Part shown: positions 45,680 through 55,549 of the stretch, piece after piece
How the letters are laid out: each line of letters opens with the position of its first letter
Numbering within the stretch: position 1 is the stretch's first letter
Origin: an uncultured Planctomycetia bacterium
GTDB lineage: Bacteria > Omnitrophota > Gorgyraeia > VGKH01 > JBHPFN01
Direction of reading: 5' to 3'
DNA length: 64,000 bases
NCBI GenBank assembly: GCA_964406665.1
Contig: CAYOSQ010000002.1
Location: 3,598 to 67,597, forward strand
The notes under the pieces: generated by a model
What the model was told of the DNA's origin: nothing
The model's input: only the letters and a program-made list of their open reading frames with translations
Databases searched by the model: none
Translations under genes and position numbers: made by a program

Positions 45680-46740
45680 ATTGCTTCCGCCATTTCTTTT
45701 GTCCCTACGGCGGTAGGGTCGTCTCTGTGAGGTTTTAAATCGTATGTAACTGATTTTCCTTCAGTTAATACTTTAATAATTGCTTGTTCTAATCGGTCTG
45801 CTGCCTCGGATTCATTGATATGTCTAAGAAGCAATACTCCGGAAAGGATGGTTGCTGTGGGATTAACTTTGTTTTTCCCGGCATATTTTGGAGCAGAGCC
45901 ATGAACCGGCTCAAATAAAGCTATATCCTTGCCAATATTTGCTCCAGGGGCTATGCCTAAGCCACCAACAAGTCCAGCGCATAAATCTGAAATTATATCC
46001 CCATACAGATTAGGCAATACAAGCACATCAAAATTATTAGGTTTTTGGACTAATTGCATAGACATATTATCAACGATCATTTCTTCGAATTCTACGTCTT
46101 TGTATGTTTTGGCAACGTCACGACCAACCTTTAGAAATAAACCATCAGTGAACTTCATTATATTTGCTTTATGAACAACTGTTACTTTTTTGCGGTTATT
46201 TTTTACAGCATAATCAAAAGCAAATTTTATTATTCTTTCTGAACCTGTAATCGATATTGGCTTTATTGAAATTGCAGAATCTTTTCTAATTTTCTTTTTT
46301 TGAAAGGATTCAATTTTACTTATAAGCTCTTTTGTTTCGTTTGCGCCTTCTTCAAATTCTATTCCAGCATAAAGGTCTTCGGTGTTTTCTCTAACAACAA
46401 CTAAATCTAAATTTTCATACATTGATTTAGTTCCCGGATACGACTTAGCAGGTCTAAGGCAAGCATATAGATCAAGGGTCTGTCTTAGCTGAACGTTTAC
46501 CGAGCGGAATCCTCCGGCGATAGGTGTGATAATAGGGCCTTTAATAGCAATTTTGTTCTTTTTAATTGAATCAACTGTTTCTTGTGGTAAAAGGGTACCG
46601 AATTTTTTCTGAGCTTCTTCGCCTGCGATGGCTTCTTCCCAATCGAATTTTATACCGGTTGCATCTAAGCACATTCTGGTTGCACTTGCAACCTCTGGGC
46701 CAATTCCGTCACCGGGGATAATTGTAACTTTGTATGTCAT
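45661..46740 (-). CDS. icd: Isocitrate/isopropylmalate dehydrogenase family, probably NADP-dependent isocitrate dehydrogenase
   Basis: [38 protein letters not shown] (KY is the NADP-type signature). Confidence 0.8.
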   Translation of the reverse strand: MTYKVTIIPGDGIGPEVASATRMCLDATGIKFDWEEAIAGEEAQKKFGTLLPQETVDSIKKNKIAIKGPIITPIAGGFRSVNVQLRQTLDLYACLRPAKSYPGTKSMYENLDLVVVRENTEDLYAGIEFEEGANETKELISKIESFQKKKIRKDSAISIKPISITGSERIIKFAFDYAVKNNRKKVTVVHKANIMKFTDGLFLKVGRDVAKTYKDVEFEEMIVDNMSMQLVQKPNNFDVLVLPNLYGDIISDLCAGLVGGLGIAPGANIGKDIALFEPVHGSAPKYAGKNKVNPTATILSGVLLLRHINESEAADRLEQAIIKVLTEGKSVTYDLKPHRDDPTAVGTKEMAEAICQKLQ

Positions 46741-47237
46741 AAATTTATCCTGTTATTTTTCTTTAAGTGTTCTACTATTCCTCCGTCGGCAAGAAGAGTT
46801 CTTATGATTTTCGGTAAAGCCTTTATTTGTAACACTTTTTTATTTTTATTATTAATTAATTTACCTTTTATTAGATCAATCTCTAAGAAATCAGAATCTT
46901 TGATTAGATTTGTATTTGTTTCAATAAGTGGCAAGCCAATATTGAATGCATTTCTGTAGAAAATTCTTGCGAAGCTTTTTGCAGCAACAGCGATTACACC
47001 GGCTTTTTTTAATACTAGAGGCGCTTGTTCTCTAGAAGAACCCATTCCAAAGTTATTTCCAGCAACAACAATTGATTTACCAGGTTTAAGTTTTTTGTAA
47101 AATCCTGGGTCGATATCTTCGAAAACATGCTTGCATAGTTCGTTCATGTCAGTTATGGAAAATTTATACCTTCCTGAAATAATTAGATCAGTATTGATAT
47201 CGTTGCCGAATTTATACGCGAAGCCTTTTAGTTTCAT
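46737..47237 (-). CDS. leuD: LeuD/HacB-type isomerase small subunit
   Basis: DINTD.II.GRY, NFG.GSSREQA, SFARIF.RN..N.GLP. Confidence 0.85.
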   Translation of the reverse strand: MKLKGFAYKFGNDINTDLIISGRYKFSITDMNELCKHVFEDIDPGFYKKLKPGKSIVVAGNNFGMGSSREQAPLVLKKAGVIAVAAKSFARIFYRNAFNIGLPLIETNTNLIKDSDFLEIDLIKGKLINNKNKKVLQIKALPKIIRTLLADGGIVEHLKKNNRINL

Positions 47238-47238
47238 T

Positions 47239-48285
47239 TTACAGGTTCTTGAATTCTTCTGGATTTTTGATTTTGTTTAAGGCAGTTTCGTAGCTTATTA
47301 CACCGGCTTGATAAAGCTCTTTTAAGCATTTATCCATAGTGTTCATTCCGTATTGGCTGCCTGTTTGAATCAGTGTTGGAATTTGTTCGATCTCTTGTTC
47401 TCTGATAAGATTACGGATCCCTGGAGTTCCGATCATGACTTCTGTTGACAGAACTCTTCCTTGTCCCCCAATTCTAGGTAGCAATAGCTGAGAAACAACA
47501 CCTTGAATACAATCCGAAAGCTGTAGTTTTACCTGCTGTTGTTGGTGAGGAGGAAATACATCAATAATTCTTTCAATAGTTTGGGGAGCATCAGGCGTAT
47601 GCAATGTGGCAAGAACAAGATGACCTGTTTCAGCAGCGGTTAAAGCTGTGGAAATTGTTTCTAAGTCTCTCATTTCTCCTACTATAATAACATCAGGATC
47701 TTGACGCAAAGTGTGAATTAGCGCATTAGAAAATGAATGCGTATCTGCATGCACTTCTCTTTGTTTTATGATACTTTTTTTATTGTAGTGGATGAATTCT
47801 ATAGGATCTTCTATGCTTATTATCATGCTTTCGCGCTCACGGTTGATTAGGTCAACCATAACAGCTAAGGTAGTAGTTTTGCCCACACCAGTAGGGCCAG
47901 TAACAAGAACCAATCCATTTGGTTTTCTAGCAAGGTCCATGATAATGTTTGGTATTCCTAGTTTTTCTGCACTAGGAACGAAAAGAGGAATTCTTCTAAA
48001 AGCAACCTCTACAGAACCTTTCTGGATATGAACGTTAACCCTGAATCTATCTAATCCAGGAAGAGCAAGCGACATATCTAGTTCTTTTTCTTTCTCAAAT
48101 ATTTCTTTTTGCATATCTGTCAAAGCGCTATAAATAAGTCGCTTTGTATCTTCTCTAGTTAAAGGAGGAAGCTTTGACAGGACTAGCTTGCCGTCAATAC
48201 GAAGCACTGGAGGCGTGTTTTCAGTAAGGTGTAAGTCTGAAGCATTTTTTTCAATTGTTAACATCAGCAGGTCTCTTAATTGCAT
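47239..48285 (-). CDS. pilT: Type IV pilus retraction ATPase
   Basis: ASDLHL, GPTGVGKTTT, EDPIE, RQDPD, GEMRD, ETGH..TLH, GIRNLIRE. Confidence 0.93.
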   Translation of the reverse strand: MQLRDLLMLTIEKNASDLHLTENTPPVLRIDGKLVLSKLPPLTREDTKRLIYSALTDMQKEIFEKEKELDMSLALPGLDRFRVNVHIQKGSVEVAFRRIPLFVPSAEKLGIPNIIMDLARKPNGLVLVTGPTGVGKTTTLAVMVDLINRERESMIISIEDPIEFIHYNKKSIIKQREVHADTHSFSNALIHTLRQDPDVIIVGEMRDLETISTALTAAETGHLVLATLHTPDAPQTIERIIDVFPPHQQQQVKLQLSDCIQGVVSQLLLPRIGGQGRVLSTEVMIGTPGIRNLIREQEIEQIPTLIQTGSQYGMNTMDKCLKELYQAGVISYETALNKIKNPEEFKNL

Positions 48286-48296
48286 TTTTAGTCCTC

Positions 48297-49565
48297 CTAT
48301 TTGTTTTTCTTAAAGAATTTTCTAGGATCTGTAATTTTACCTTCAATAACCGAAGCAGCAACTGTTGCCGGAGATGCTAGATAGATGAATGCGTTTGGAT
48401 TTCCCATTCTGCCTTTAAAATTTCTATTTGCTGTGGAAAGCGCTACTTCATTATCGGCTAATACACCTTCATGTGTACCAACGCATGGACCACAGCCAGG
48501 ATTAATTATCACAGCACCAGCTTTTACTAATACATCAATAATACCAAGTTTTAGCGCATCTAGAAATACTTTTTTTGAAGCAGGTCCAACTATGAATTTA
48601 ATTCCCTTTTTTACCTTTTTTTCTTTTAAAATACTTGCTGCAATTTTTAAGTCTTCAAGTCTTCCGTTAGTACAAGTTCCTATGAATCCTTCGTGTATTA
48701 TTTTCCCAGCAATTTTATTAATTGGTGCTACATTATCAACGGTGTGTGGACGGGCTATCTGCGGAACAAGTTTAGAAACATCGTATCTAATTATTTTAGA
48801 ATAAGCGGCGTTTTCATCTGCCTTCTGCGCATTGCCAACTTTTGTTATTCCTTGTTTTTTCAGCCAGCTGTATGTTTTTTTGTCAGCTTCGAATATTCCT
48901 GCCTTCGCCCCCATCTCAACTACCATGTTTGAAATGGTTAGGCGTGAGTCTACGCTTAGGTTCTTTGTAGCGCTACCGTAAAATTCAACAGCTTTATATG
49001 TAGAGCCATTTGCGGTTAAATCTCCGATAATATAAAGAATTATATCTTTAGCAAAAACACCGTTAGGTAATTTACCGTCAATAATAATCTTAATTGTTTC
49101 GGGGACTCTAAACCAATTTTTCCCAGTAGCTAAGGTTATGGCTAAATCTGTAGAGCCAACTCCGGTCGAGAAGACATTTAGTGCCCCATAGGTACATGTA
49201 TGCGAGTCAGCTCCTAAAACCAGCATACCAGGTAAAACAGAACCGCTTTCAGGAATTACTTGATGGCAGATTCCACAGCCAACATCATAAACTTCTAGTT
49301 TAAAATCTTTAGCAAAATCAGTCATTCTTTTGTGAACCGTAGATACTCGCTGGCTAGGACTTGGGGCATTGTGATCTATAACCATGCAAAACTTATTTTT
49401 ATTTGTGAGTTTCTTTATTCCAAGTTCTTCAATTCTTTCTACGATGAGCACGCTTGTTCCGTCTTGTCCGAAACAAAAATCAACATCGCAAACGGCATAA
49501 TCTCCAGCGTGAAGATCTTTTTTTGCATGATTGCTTAATATTTTTTCTGCTATTGTTTTGCCCAT
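48297..49565 (-). CDS. leuC: LeuC/HacA-type isomerase large subunit
   Basis: T.AEKIL, DH..P, GICHQ, DSHTCT.GA, GTCTNGR, CGPC.G, NRNF.GRMG. Confidence 0.88.
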   Translation of the reverse strand: MGKTIAEKILSNHAKKDLHAGDYAVCDVDFCFGQDGTSVLIVERIEELGIKKLTNKNKFCMVIDHNAPSPSQRVSTVHKRMTDFAKDFKLEVYDVGCGICHQVIPESGSVLPGMLVLGADSHTCTYGALNVFSTGVGSTDLAITLATGKNWFRVPETIKIIIDGKLPNGVFAKDIILYIIGDLTANGSTYKAVEFYGSATKNLSVDSRLTISNMVVEMGAKAGIFEADKKTYSWLKKQGITKVGNAQKADENAAYSKIIRYDVSKLVPQIARPHTVDNVAPINKIAGKIIHEGFIGTCTNGRLEDLKIAASILKEKKVKKGIKFIVGPASKKVFLDALKLGIIDVLVKAGAVIINPGCGPCVGTHEGVLADNEVALSTANRNFKGRMGNPNAFIYLASPATVAASVIEGKITDPRKFFKKNK

Positions 49566-50710
49566 TGTTCTATTCTATCTAAACCTTCTTTGATTGTAGC
49601 AATATCAGCAGCAAAGCTCAGTCGTACAAATCCTTCTGCACCAAATCCAACCCCTGGAACTAAGGCAACTTTCTTTTTTTCAAGCAGCTTTTTTGCGAAT
49701 GATTTTGAATCTTTAGATAATTTTGAAATATTGCAGAATACGTAAAAGGCACCCTGCGGTTTTATGTAGCTTATTTTATCTATTTTATCCAAACGCGAAA
49801 GTATGTAATCTCTGCGCTTCTCAAATTTTGCTCGCATTTGTTCAATGTTCTTGCTGGGTAGTTTAAGCGCAGCAACAGTAGCCATTTGGCTTATGGAGCT
49901 TGGATTTGAGGTTGAGTGGTCTTGAATTTTCTTAATTGATTTAGCAATCGCTAAAGGTGCTCCTAAATAGCCTATTCTCCATCCAGTCATTGAATAAGCC
50001 TTAGATACTCCATTAACTGTAATAGTTATGCCTAAAACTTTTTTGTCAAGTGAGCCTATAGACACATGTTTTTTGTTGTCATATAACAGCTTTTCATAAA
50101 TTTCGTCGCTTATGATTAAGATTTTATTCTTTACACATATTTTAGCAATTTTGATAAGTTCAGCTTTGTTGTAAATAGAACCGGTTGGATTTGATGGAGA
50201 ATTTAAAATTATTGCTTTAGTTCTTTTTGTAAGTAACTTTTTTAATTCTAAGGGGTTTATCTTGAAGTTGTCTTTGGATTCAGTTTTTAAAAAGACTGCT
50301 TTAGCATCAGCAAGCTTTACCATTTCTGGGTAACTGACCCAATAGGGTTTAGGGATTATGACTTCGTCACCTTTTTGAGCAATTGCTTGGAATACGTTAT
50401 ATAGACAGTGTTTTGCCCCAGAGCTGACGACTATTTGTTCTGGTGAATAGCTTAGTCTGTTTTCAGATTTGAATTTGTTTGATATCGCTTTTCTTAAGGC
50501 TGGTGTGCCGATTGAAGGGGTGTATTTGGTGAAACCTTGTTTTATAGCAGTTATTGCCGCTTTTTTTATAGGTATGGGAGTATCAAAATCAGGTTCTCCG
50601 GCAGCAAATCCGACAACGTCGTGTCCTTCGGCTTTCAATTTCTTTGCCAAAGAAGTTATTTCTAAAGTTGCTGACGGTGTTACTTTTAATACCCTTTTTG
50701 ATAGACACAT
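49550..50710 (-). CDS. aspC: Aspartate aminotransferase (class I/II PLP)
   Basis: GEPDF.TP, PYWVSY, NSPSNPTG, SDEIYE, SKAYSMTGWRIG. Confidence 0.9.
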   Translation of the reverse strand: MCLSKRVLKVTPSATLEITSLAKKLKAEGHDVVGFAAGEPDFDTPIPIKKAAITAIKQGFTKYTPSIGTPALRKAISNKFKSENRLSYSPEQIVVSSGAKHCLYNVFQAIAQKGDEVIIPKPYWVSYPEMVKLADAKAVFLKTESKDNFKINPLELKKLLTKRTKAIILNSPSNPTGSIYNKAELIKIAKICVKNKILIISDEIYEKLLYDNKKHVSIGSLDKKVLGITITVNGVSKAYSMTGWRIGYLGAPLAIAKSIKKIQDHSTSNPSSISQMATVAALKLPSKNIEQMRAKFEKRRDYILSRLDKIDKISYIKPQGAFYVFCNISKLSKDSKSFAKKLLEKKKVALVPGVGFGAEGFVRLSFAADIATIKEGLDRIEQWAKQ

Positions 50711-50725
50711 TATTTATGGGGTTTA

Positions 50726-51346
50726 TTATTTAGAATCACGCTCTTTCTTCATAAATTTACGCAAACCGCTGAAAAATTTCTTTTTAGGTTTCTCTTCTGC
50801 TTGTTTCTTTTCTTTTGTTTCATGTTTTTGCTTCTGAACTTTTTCATCAGGAACTATTTTTGATTCCTGTTTTTTTACTTCAGGCTTTTCTTTAACAATT
50901 TTTTTACTGGTGTCTTTAGGTTCTTCCTTGGATTTCTTTGGTTGCTCAGCAACAGCTGCTTTTTGTTTTGAAGCCGGCTTAGGTTTTTCTTTCAATTCTG
51001 TAAGTTCTAATATGACTCTTTGGGCATTATCTCCGCGTCTGCTAGTAATGTTTAATATTCTTGTATATCCACCTTCTCTTTTGCTAAAGCGAGGTGCAAT
51101 TTCTGTAAAAAGATGGCTTACAATGCGATGATCTATCAGTATTTTGAAAGCAATTCTTCGGGCAGACAGTGTATTTTTTTTGCCCAAGGTTATAAGTTTC
51201 TCAACTAGTCTTCTAGCTGCTTTTGCTTTGACCTTTGTAGTCTTGACACTTTCATATTTAATCACGGATCTAGCAATGTCTCTAAGAGTTGCTTTTTTAA
51301 GACTCGTATTTCTATTTAGATTTCCTTTTGCTCTTTTGTGCCTCAT
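50726..51346 (-). CDS. rplQ: 50S ribosomal protein bL17 with long C-terminal extension
   Basis: MRH...TT..KAK..VEKLIT..R.GGYTRI..RRGD.A. Confidence 0.96.
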   Translation of the reverse strand: MRHKRAKGNLNRNTSLKKATLRDIARSVIKYESVKTTKVKAKAARRLVEKLITLGKKNTLSARRIAFKILIDHRIVSHLFTEIAPRFSKREGGYTRILNITSRRGDNAQRVILELTELKEKPKPASKQKAAVAEQPKKSKEEPKDTSKKIVKEKPEVKKQESKIVPDEKVQKQKHETKEKKQAEEKPKKKFFSGLRKFMKKERDSK

Positions 51347-51347
51347 T

Positions 51348-52340
51348 TTATTTTTTCTCTCTTAATTTTTTTACGTCAACTTTCATTCCTAAAGAAATGC
51401 CCATTCCTTTGAGCAGTTCATTAATTTCGGTTAATGATTTTTTTCCGAAATTCCTAAATCCAAGTAGTTCGCTTTCCGGTTTTCTTACTAAATCACCGAT
51501 AGACTTAATGTTTGCATCTTTTAGACAGTTAGAGCTTCTAACCGAAAGTTCTAGCTCGGAAATTGGCAACCTTAGTTTATCATATAATTCTTTTTCTTCT
51601 GCAGTTACTTCTTCTTCCTCTTCTTCCTCTTCGGGAAGTTGTCCAAAGTTTACGAAGACATCTAAATGTCTCTGAAGTATATTGGCAGCATACAGAAGAG
51701 TATCTTTTGGTGTTACTCCGCCGTTGGTCCAAATTTCCAGTATTAGCTTGTCATAATCGGTTCTTTGACCAACGCGAGTATTCTCAGAATGGAAGCTTAC
51801 TTTTTTCACTGGTGTGAAGATAGAATCGATGGGAATTACCCCTATCGGCTGCTCTTCTTTTTTGTTAGCATCAGCAGGAACATATCCCCTTCCTTTGGCT
51901 ACTTCCATTTCTAGATTAAACTTGGTATTATCTGTAAGGGTGGCTATGTGAAGATTTGGATTGATGATTTCTACAGTTTCATCTGCGATGATATCCTTAG
52001 CTTTTATTTCACCTTTTTTGCTAGCTTTGATATAAATTGTTTTGGGCGTCTTTGCATGAGAGCGCAAAATAAGTGACTTTATGTTAAGAATAATATCTGT
52101 AACATCTTCTAGTACTCCCGGAATGTTTGAGAATTCGTGCAAAACACCGTCAAATTTAACAGATGTGACAGCACTTCCCTCAACTGAAGACAGTAAAATT
52201 CTTCTTAATGAATTTCCCAGAGTGACACCGTAGCCTCTTTCAAAAGGCTCTGCGATGAATTTTCCATAAGTTGTTGTATATGATGCCTCATCGCATTCTA
52301 ATCTATTCGGCATCTGGAAATCTTTCCACTTTATACCCAT
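51348..52340 (-). CDS. rpoA: RNA polymerase alpha subunit
   Basis: EPFERGYG.TLGNSLRR, LELSVRS.NCL, NFG.KSL.EI. Confidence 0.98.
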   Translation of the reverse strand: MGIKWKDFQMPNRLECDEASYTTTYGKFIAEPFERGYGVTLGNSLRRILLSSVEGSAVTSVKFDGVLHEFSNIPGVLEDVTDIILNIKSLILRSHAKTPKTIYIKASKKGEIKAKDIIADETVEIINPNLHIATLTDNTKFNLEMEVAKGRGYVPADANKKEEQPIGVIPIDSIFTPVKKVSFHSENTRVGQRTDYDKLILEIWTNGGVTPKDTLLYAANILQRHLDVFVNFGQLPEEEEEEEEVTAEEKELYDKLRLPISELELSVRSSNCLKDANIKSIGDLVRKPESELLGFRNFGKKSLTEINELLKGMGISLGMKVDVKKLREKK

Positions 52341-52382
52341 TATTACCTCCTGCTTCCTGAAATTGCTAAGTTAGTAAAAGTT

Positions 52383-53009
52383 TTATTTTGAATATAATTC
52401 GACGATTAAGTGTTCCTGTATTGGCATCTCAATATCGCCTCTATTGGGAATTCGACTGATTTTTCCTGAAACTTCAGTCTCATTTAGTTCTATCCAATCA
52501 GGGATGCTTCTATCTTTACAAAGTTCTATATTGTCCTTAAATCTCTTAATACTTTTTTCTTTTTGTTTAGTTGTTATGGAATCATCAGCTTTTACAAGAT
52601 ATGAAGGAATATTTACCTTGCGATTGTTAACTAAAATATGTCCATGTCTTACGATCTGCCTAGCTTCAGTGCGAGAAGTGGCAAAGTGTAAGTTAAAGAT
52701 TACGTTGTCTAGCCTGCGTTCAAGTAGCTGAAGTAAAATTTCTCCAGTTACGCCTTTTATGGAAGCAGCTTTTTTGAAATATTTGCGAAACTGTCTCTCG
52801 AGAATTCCATAAGTTCTTTTTACTTTTTGTTTTTCTCTAAGCTGTAAAGCGTAGTTAGAGGCTTTGGTACGTCTTGTACCGTGCATTCCCGGAGGGGTTT
52901 GCCTTTTTGCCACAGCGCATTTATCTGTATAGCATCTTTTTCCCTTAAGGAATAGTTTTGTAGCCTCTCTTCTACATAATCTACAGCTAGGTCCGGTGTA
53001 TCTTGCCAT
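52383..53009 (-). CDS. rpsD: 30S ribosomal protein uS4
   Basis: MARYTGP.CRLCRRE, QLREKQK, LE.RLDN. Confidence 0.98.
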   Translation of the reverse strand: MARYTGPSCRLCRREATKLFLKGKRCYTDKCAVAKRQTPPGMHGTRRTKASNYALQLREKQKVKRTYGILERQFRKYFKKAASIKGVTGEILLQLLERRLDNVIFNLHFATSRTEARQIVRHGHILVNNRKVNIPSYLVKADDSITTKQKEKSIKRFKDNIELCKDRSIPDWIELNETEVSGKISRIPNRGDIEMPIQEHLIVELYSK

Positions 53010-53027
53010 TAATTGCCTTTTCCTTTC

Positions 53028-53414
53028 TTAAACTCTTCTTCTTTTTCTTCCCCTGCAACCATTATGGGGCACAGGAGTAATATCTTTAACCGAAGTGACG
53101 TTTAATCCTGATGCTTGAAAAGCTCTAACTGCTGCTTCTCTTCCTGAGCCTGGTCCCTTCACAAAAATTTGAACTTCTTGCATGCCCAGCTCTTTTGATT
53201 TCTTGGCAGCATCGCTAGCAGCTATCTGCGCTGCAAAGGGAGTAGATTTTTTAGAACCACTAAAACCCATGACCCCAGGTGAAGACCAAACTAAAGTATT
53301 TCCATCTTTGTCAGAAATAGTAATTATGGTGTTATTGAAAGTTGCTTGCACCCTAACTATTCCACTAGATACTTTTCTGGTTATTTTCTTTTTAGATCTT
53401 TGTTTTTTTACCAT
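53028..53414 (-). CDS. rpsK: 30S ribosomal protein uS11
   Basis: [24 protein letters not shown]. Confidence 0.98.
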   Translation of the reverse strand: MVKKQRSKKKITRKVSSGIVRVQATFNNTIITISDKDGNTLVWSSPGVMGFSGSKKSTPFAAQIAASDAAKKSKELGMQEVQIFVKGPGSGREAAVRAFQASGLNVTSVKDITPVPHNGCRGRKRRRV

Positions 53415-53435
53415 TTACTTTCCTTTTTAATAACA

Positions 53436-53810
53436 CTAGTCCTTTTTCTTCATAACTGCAGAACCCTTTTTTGGTCCTTTCCTGGTTCTAGAATTGGTTT
53501 TTGTCCTTTGACCTCTTGCAGGAAGACCTTTTCTGTGTCTAGATCCACGATAACTTGTTGTATCTATAAGTCTTTTAATATTCTGTGATATCTCTCTTCT
53601 TAAGTCGCCTTCGAGCCTATGGTCTTTTTGAATAATAGCAACAATTTTAGAGACTTCTTCATCGGAAACATCTTTAGCCTTTTTGTTTGGGTCTATTTCG
53701 GCTTTTTTAAGTATCAGGTTAGATCGGTGTCTACCAACGCCATAAAGATACGTTAAAGCAATTTCAATTTTTTTGTCTTTTGGTAAGTCGATTCCTAGTA
53801 TTCTTGGCAT
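53436..53810 (-). CDS. rpsM: 30S ribosomal protein uS13
   Basis: [27 protein letters not shown]. Confidence 0.98.
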   Translation of the reverse strand: MPRILGIDLPKDKKIEIALTYLYGVGRHRSNLILKKAEIDPNKKAKDVSDEEVSKIVAIIQKDHRLEGDLRREISQNIKRLIDTTSYRGSRHRKGLPARGQRTKTNSRTRKGPKKGSAVMKKKD

Positions 53811-53812
53811 AA

Positions 53813-53926
53813 TTATCCCTGTTTTTGTTTATGTTTTGGATTGATACAAATTACCCTTAAAACGCCTTTTCTTTTTATTATTTTACATTTGCCGCAAACT
53901 TTTCTTACTGAAGATTTAACCTTCAT
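53813..53926 (-). CDS. rpmJ: 50S ribosomal protein bL36, Zn-binding type (missing from the ORF track)
   Basis: [37 protein letters not shown]. Confidence 0.97.
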   Translation of the reverse strand: MKVKSSVRKVCGKCKIIKRKGVLRVICINPKHKQKQG

Positions 53927-53930
53927 AATT

Positions 53931-54149
53931 TTATTTACTCCTATATGTGATTCTGCCTCTATTTAAATCATAGGGAGATAATTCTAGCTTTACTTTATCA
54001 CCTGGCAAAATACGAATGAAATGCATTCTGATTTTCCCAGAAATGTGAGCAGTTATGATATGATCATTTTCCAGCTTTACTTTAAAAACAGCATTTGGTA
54101 AAGCTTCAACTACTACTCCTTCTACTTCAATTGCATCTTCTTTTGGCAT
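53931..54149 (-). CDS. infA: Translation initiation factor IF-1
   Basis: IEVEG.V.E.LPNA.F, SGK.R...IRILPGD.V..SPYDL..GRI. Confidence 0.98.
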   Translation of the reverse strand: MPKEDAIEVEGVVVEALPNAVFKVKLENDHIITAHISGKIRMHFIRILPGDKVKLELSPYDLNRGRITYRSK

Positions 54150-54152
54150 AAT

Positions 54153-54896
54153 TTATTGGGTTAAAATTACTGCTTTATCTTTCCCAACGGCTATTGTGTG
54201 TTCAAAATGCGCCGAGAGCGCCCTATCTTTTGTGACCGCAGTCCAGCCATTGTCTAGTACTTCTATTTCCCAGGTACCCATGTTTACCATTGGTTCTATC
54301 GCAAGAACCATTCCTTCTTCAAGTTTCGGACCTAGGTGCGGTTTTCCGAAATTTGGTATTTCTGGTTCTTCATGTATGGATTTTCCTATACCGTGACCAA
54401 CAAAATCTCTTACAACAGAAAATCCATTTTCCTCAACATGGTTTTGAATCGCTGAAGAAATATCAGTAAGGTGATTACCTTCAGTCGCCTTTTTTATTCC
54501 TAGGTGAAGAGCTTCTTTTGTTACATCGACAAGTTTTTTTACTTTTCCGTTCAATCTTCCAATCGGATAAGTTGCTGCTGCATCAGCATAATATCCATCC
54601 AGCTCAACGCCAATGTCGATGCTTACTATATCACCCTGATTGATAACTCGTCCGCTTGGGATTCCGTGAACAATTTCTTCATTAATTGATATGCATGCAC
54701 TGCCTGGAAACCCTCTGTAACCTTTAAATGCAGGCTTGCATCCAAAGGAGACTATCAGTTCTTCTGCTAGCGCATCAATTTCATGAGTTGTTAGGCCTGG
54801 TTTTAAATGAGCTTTTATTTTTTCAATAACCTTATTGAGTATGCTTCCAGCTTTTTTGATTTTTTCAATTTCATCAGGAGCTTTGATCGAAATCAT
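54153..54896 (-). CDS. map: Type I methionine aminopeptidase
   Basis: CIS.NE..VHGIP, GHGIG..HE.P, AIEPM, SAHFEHT. Confidence 0.97.
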   Translation of the reverse strand: MISIKAPDEIEKIKKAGSILNKVIEKIKAHLKPGLTTHEIDALAEELIVSFGCKPAFKGYRGFPGSACISINEEIVHGIPSGRVINQGDIVSIDIGVELDGYYADAAATYPIGRLNGKVKKLVDVTKEALHLGIKKATEGNHLTDISSAIQNHVEENGFSVVRDFVGHGIGKSIHEEPEIPNFGKPHLGPKLEEGMVLAIEPMVNMGTWEIEVLDNGWTAVTKDRALSAHFEHTIAVGKDKAVILTQ

Positions 54897-55549
54897 AATA
54901 AATTTCGTTTTTTCAAAAGGTTTTCTAGTGCATCATTTACTTCTTGAGGTGTTAAGTTTGCGTTTATTTTTACTAGCGCACCCTCATTTTCATAAAACTC
55001 AAGAAGAGGTGAAATTTCTTTTAAGTAAACGTTTATTCTGTTTTCAATAGTTTCTCTTTTGTCGTCAGGTCTCTGAAATAACTCAGAGCCGCACTTGTCA
55101 CATGTGCTTGCTTCTTTTGGCGGCATATTCTTCATGTGGAATATTGCACCGCATTCTTTACAAGTCCTTCTTCCTTCCAATCTTTCTATAATAGCTTCTT
55201 TATCCATATCGAAATATAAAACTAAATCTAAATCATTGCTGATATTTTTAAGGGTTTTTTCTAATGATTCCGCTTGAGTTTTTGCTCGAGGAAAACCATC
55301 TAAAACAAAACCATTTTTTGCATCGCTGCGTAAAATTCTTTCTTTTATCATTTCATTTACAACACTATCAGGAACAAGCTCTCCGGATTCCATGTATCGC
55401 TTAGCTTCTTTGCCAAGAGCTGTGTCAGATTTAATTTCCTCTCTAAGCATGTCTCCAGTTGAAATATGAGGAATTTTAAAGGTCTCGCATAATTGTTTTG
55501 CCTGCGTTCCTTTTCCTGCGCCTGGAGGTCCTAAAAGTACAACTCTCAT
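54893..55549 (-). CDS. adk: Adenylate kinase (Zn-lid)
   Basis: GPPGAGKGTQ, HISTGD, LDGFPR, CxxC..CxxC lid. Confidence 0.98.
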   Translation of the reverse strand: MRVVLLGPPGAGKGTQAKQLCETFKIPHISTGDMLREEIKSDTALGKEAKRYMESGELVPDSVVNEMIKERILRSDAKNGFVLDGFPRAKTQAESLEKTLKNISNDLDLVLYFDMDKEAIIERLEGRRTCKECGAIFHMKNMPPKEASTCDKCGSELFQRPDDKRETIENRINVYLKEISPLLEFYENEGALVKINANLTPQEVNDALENLLKKRNLL

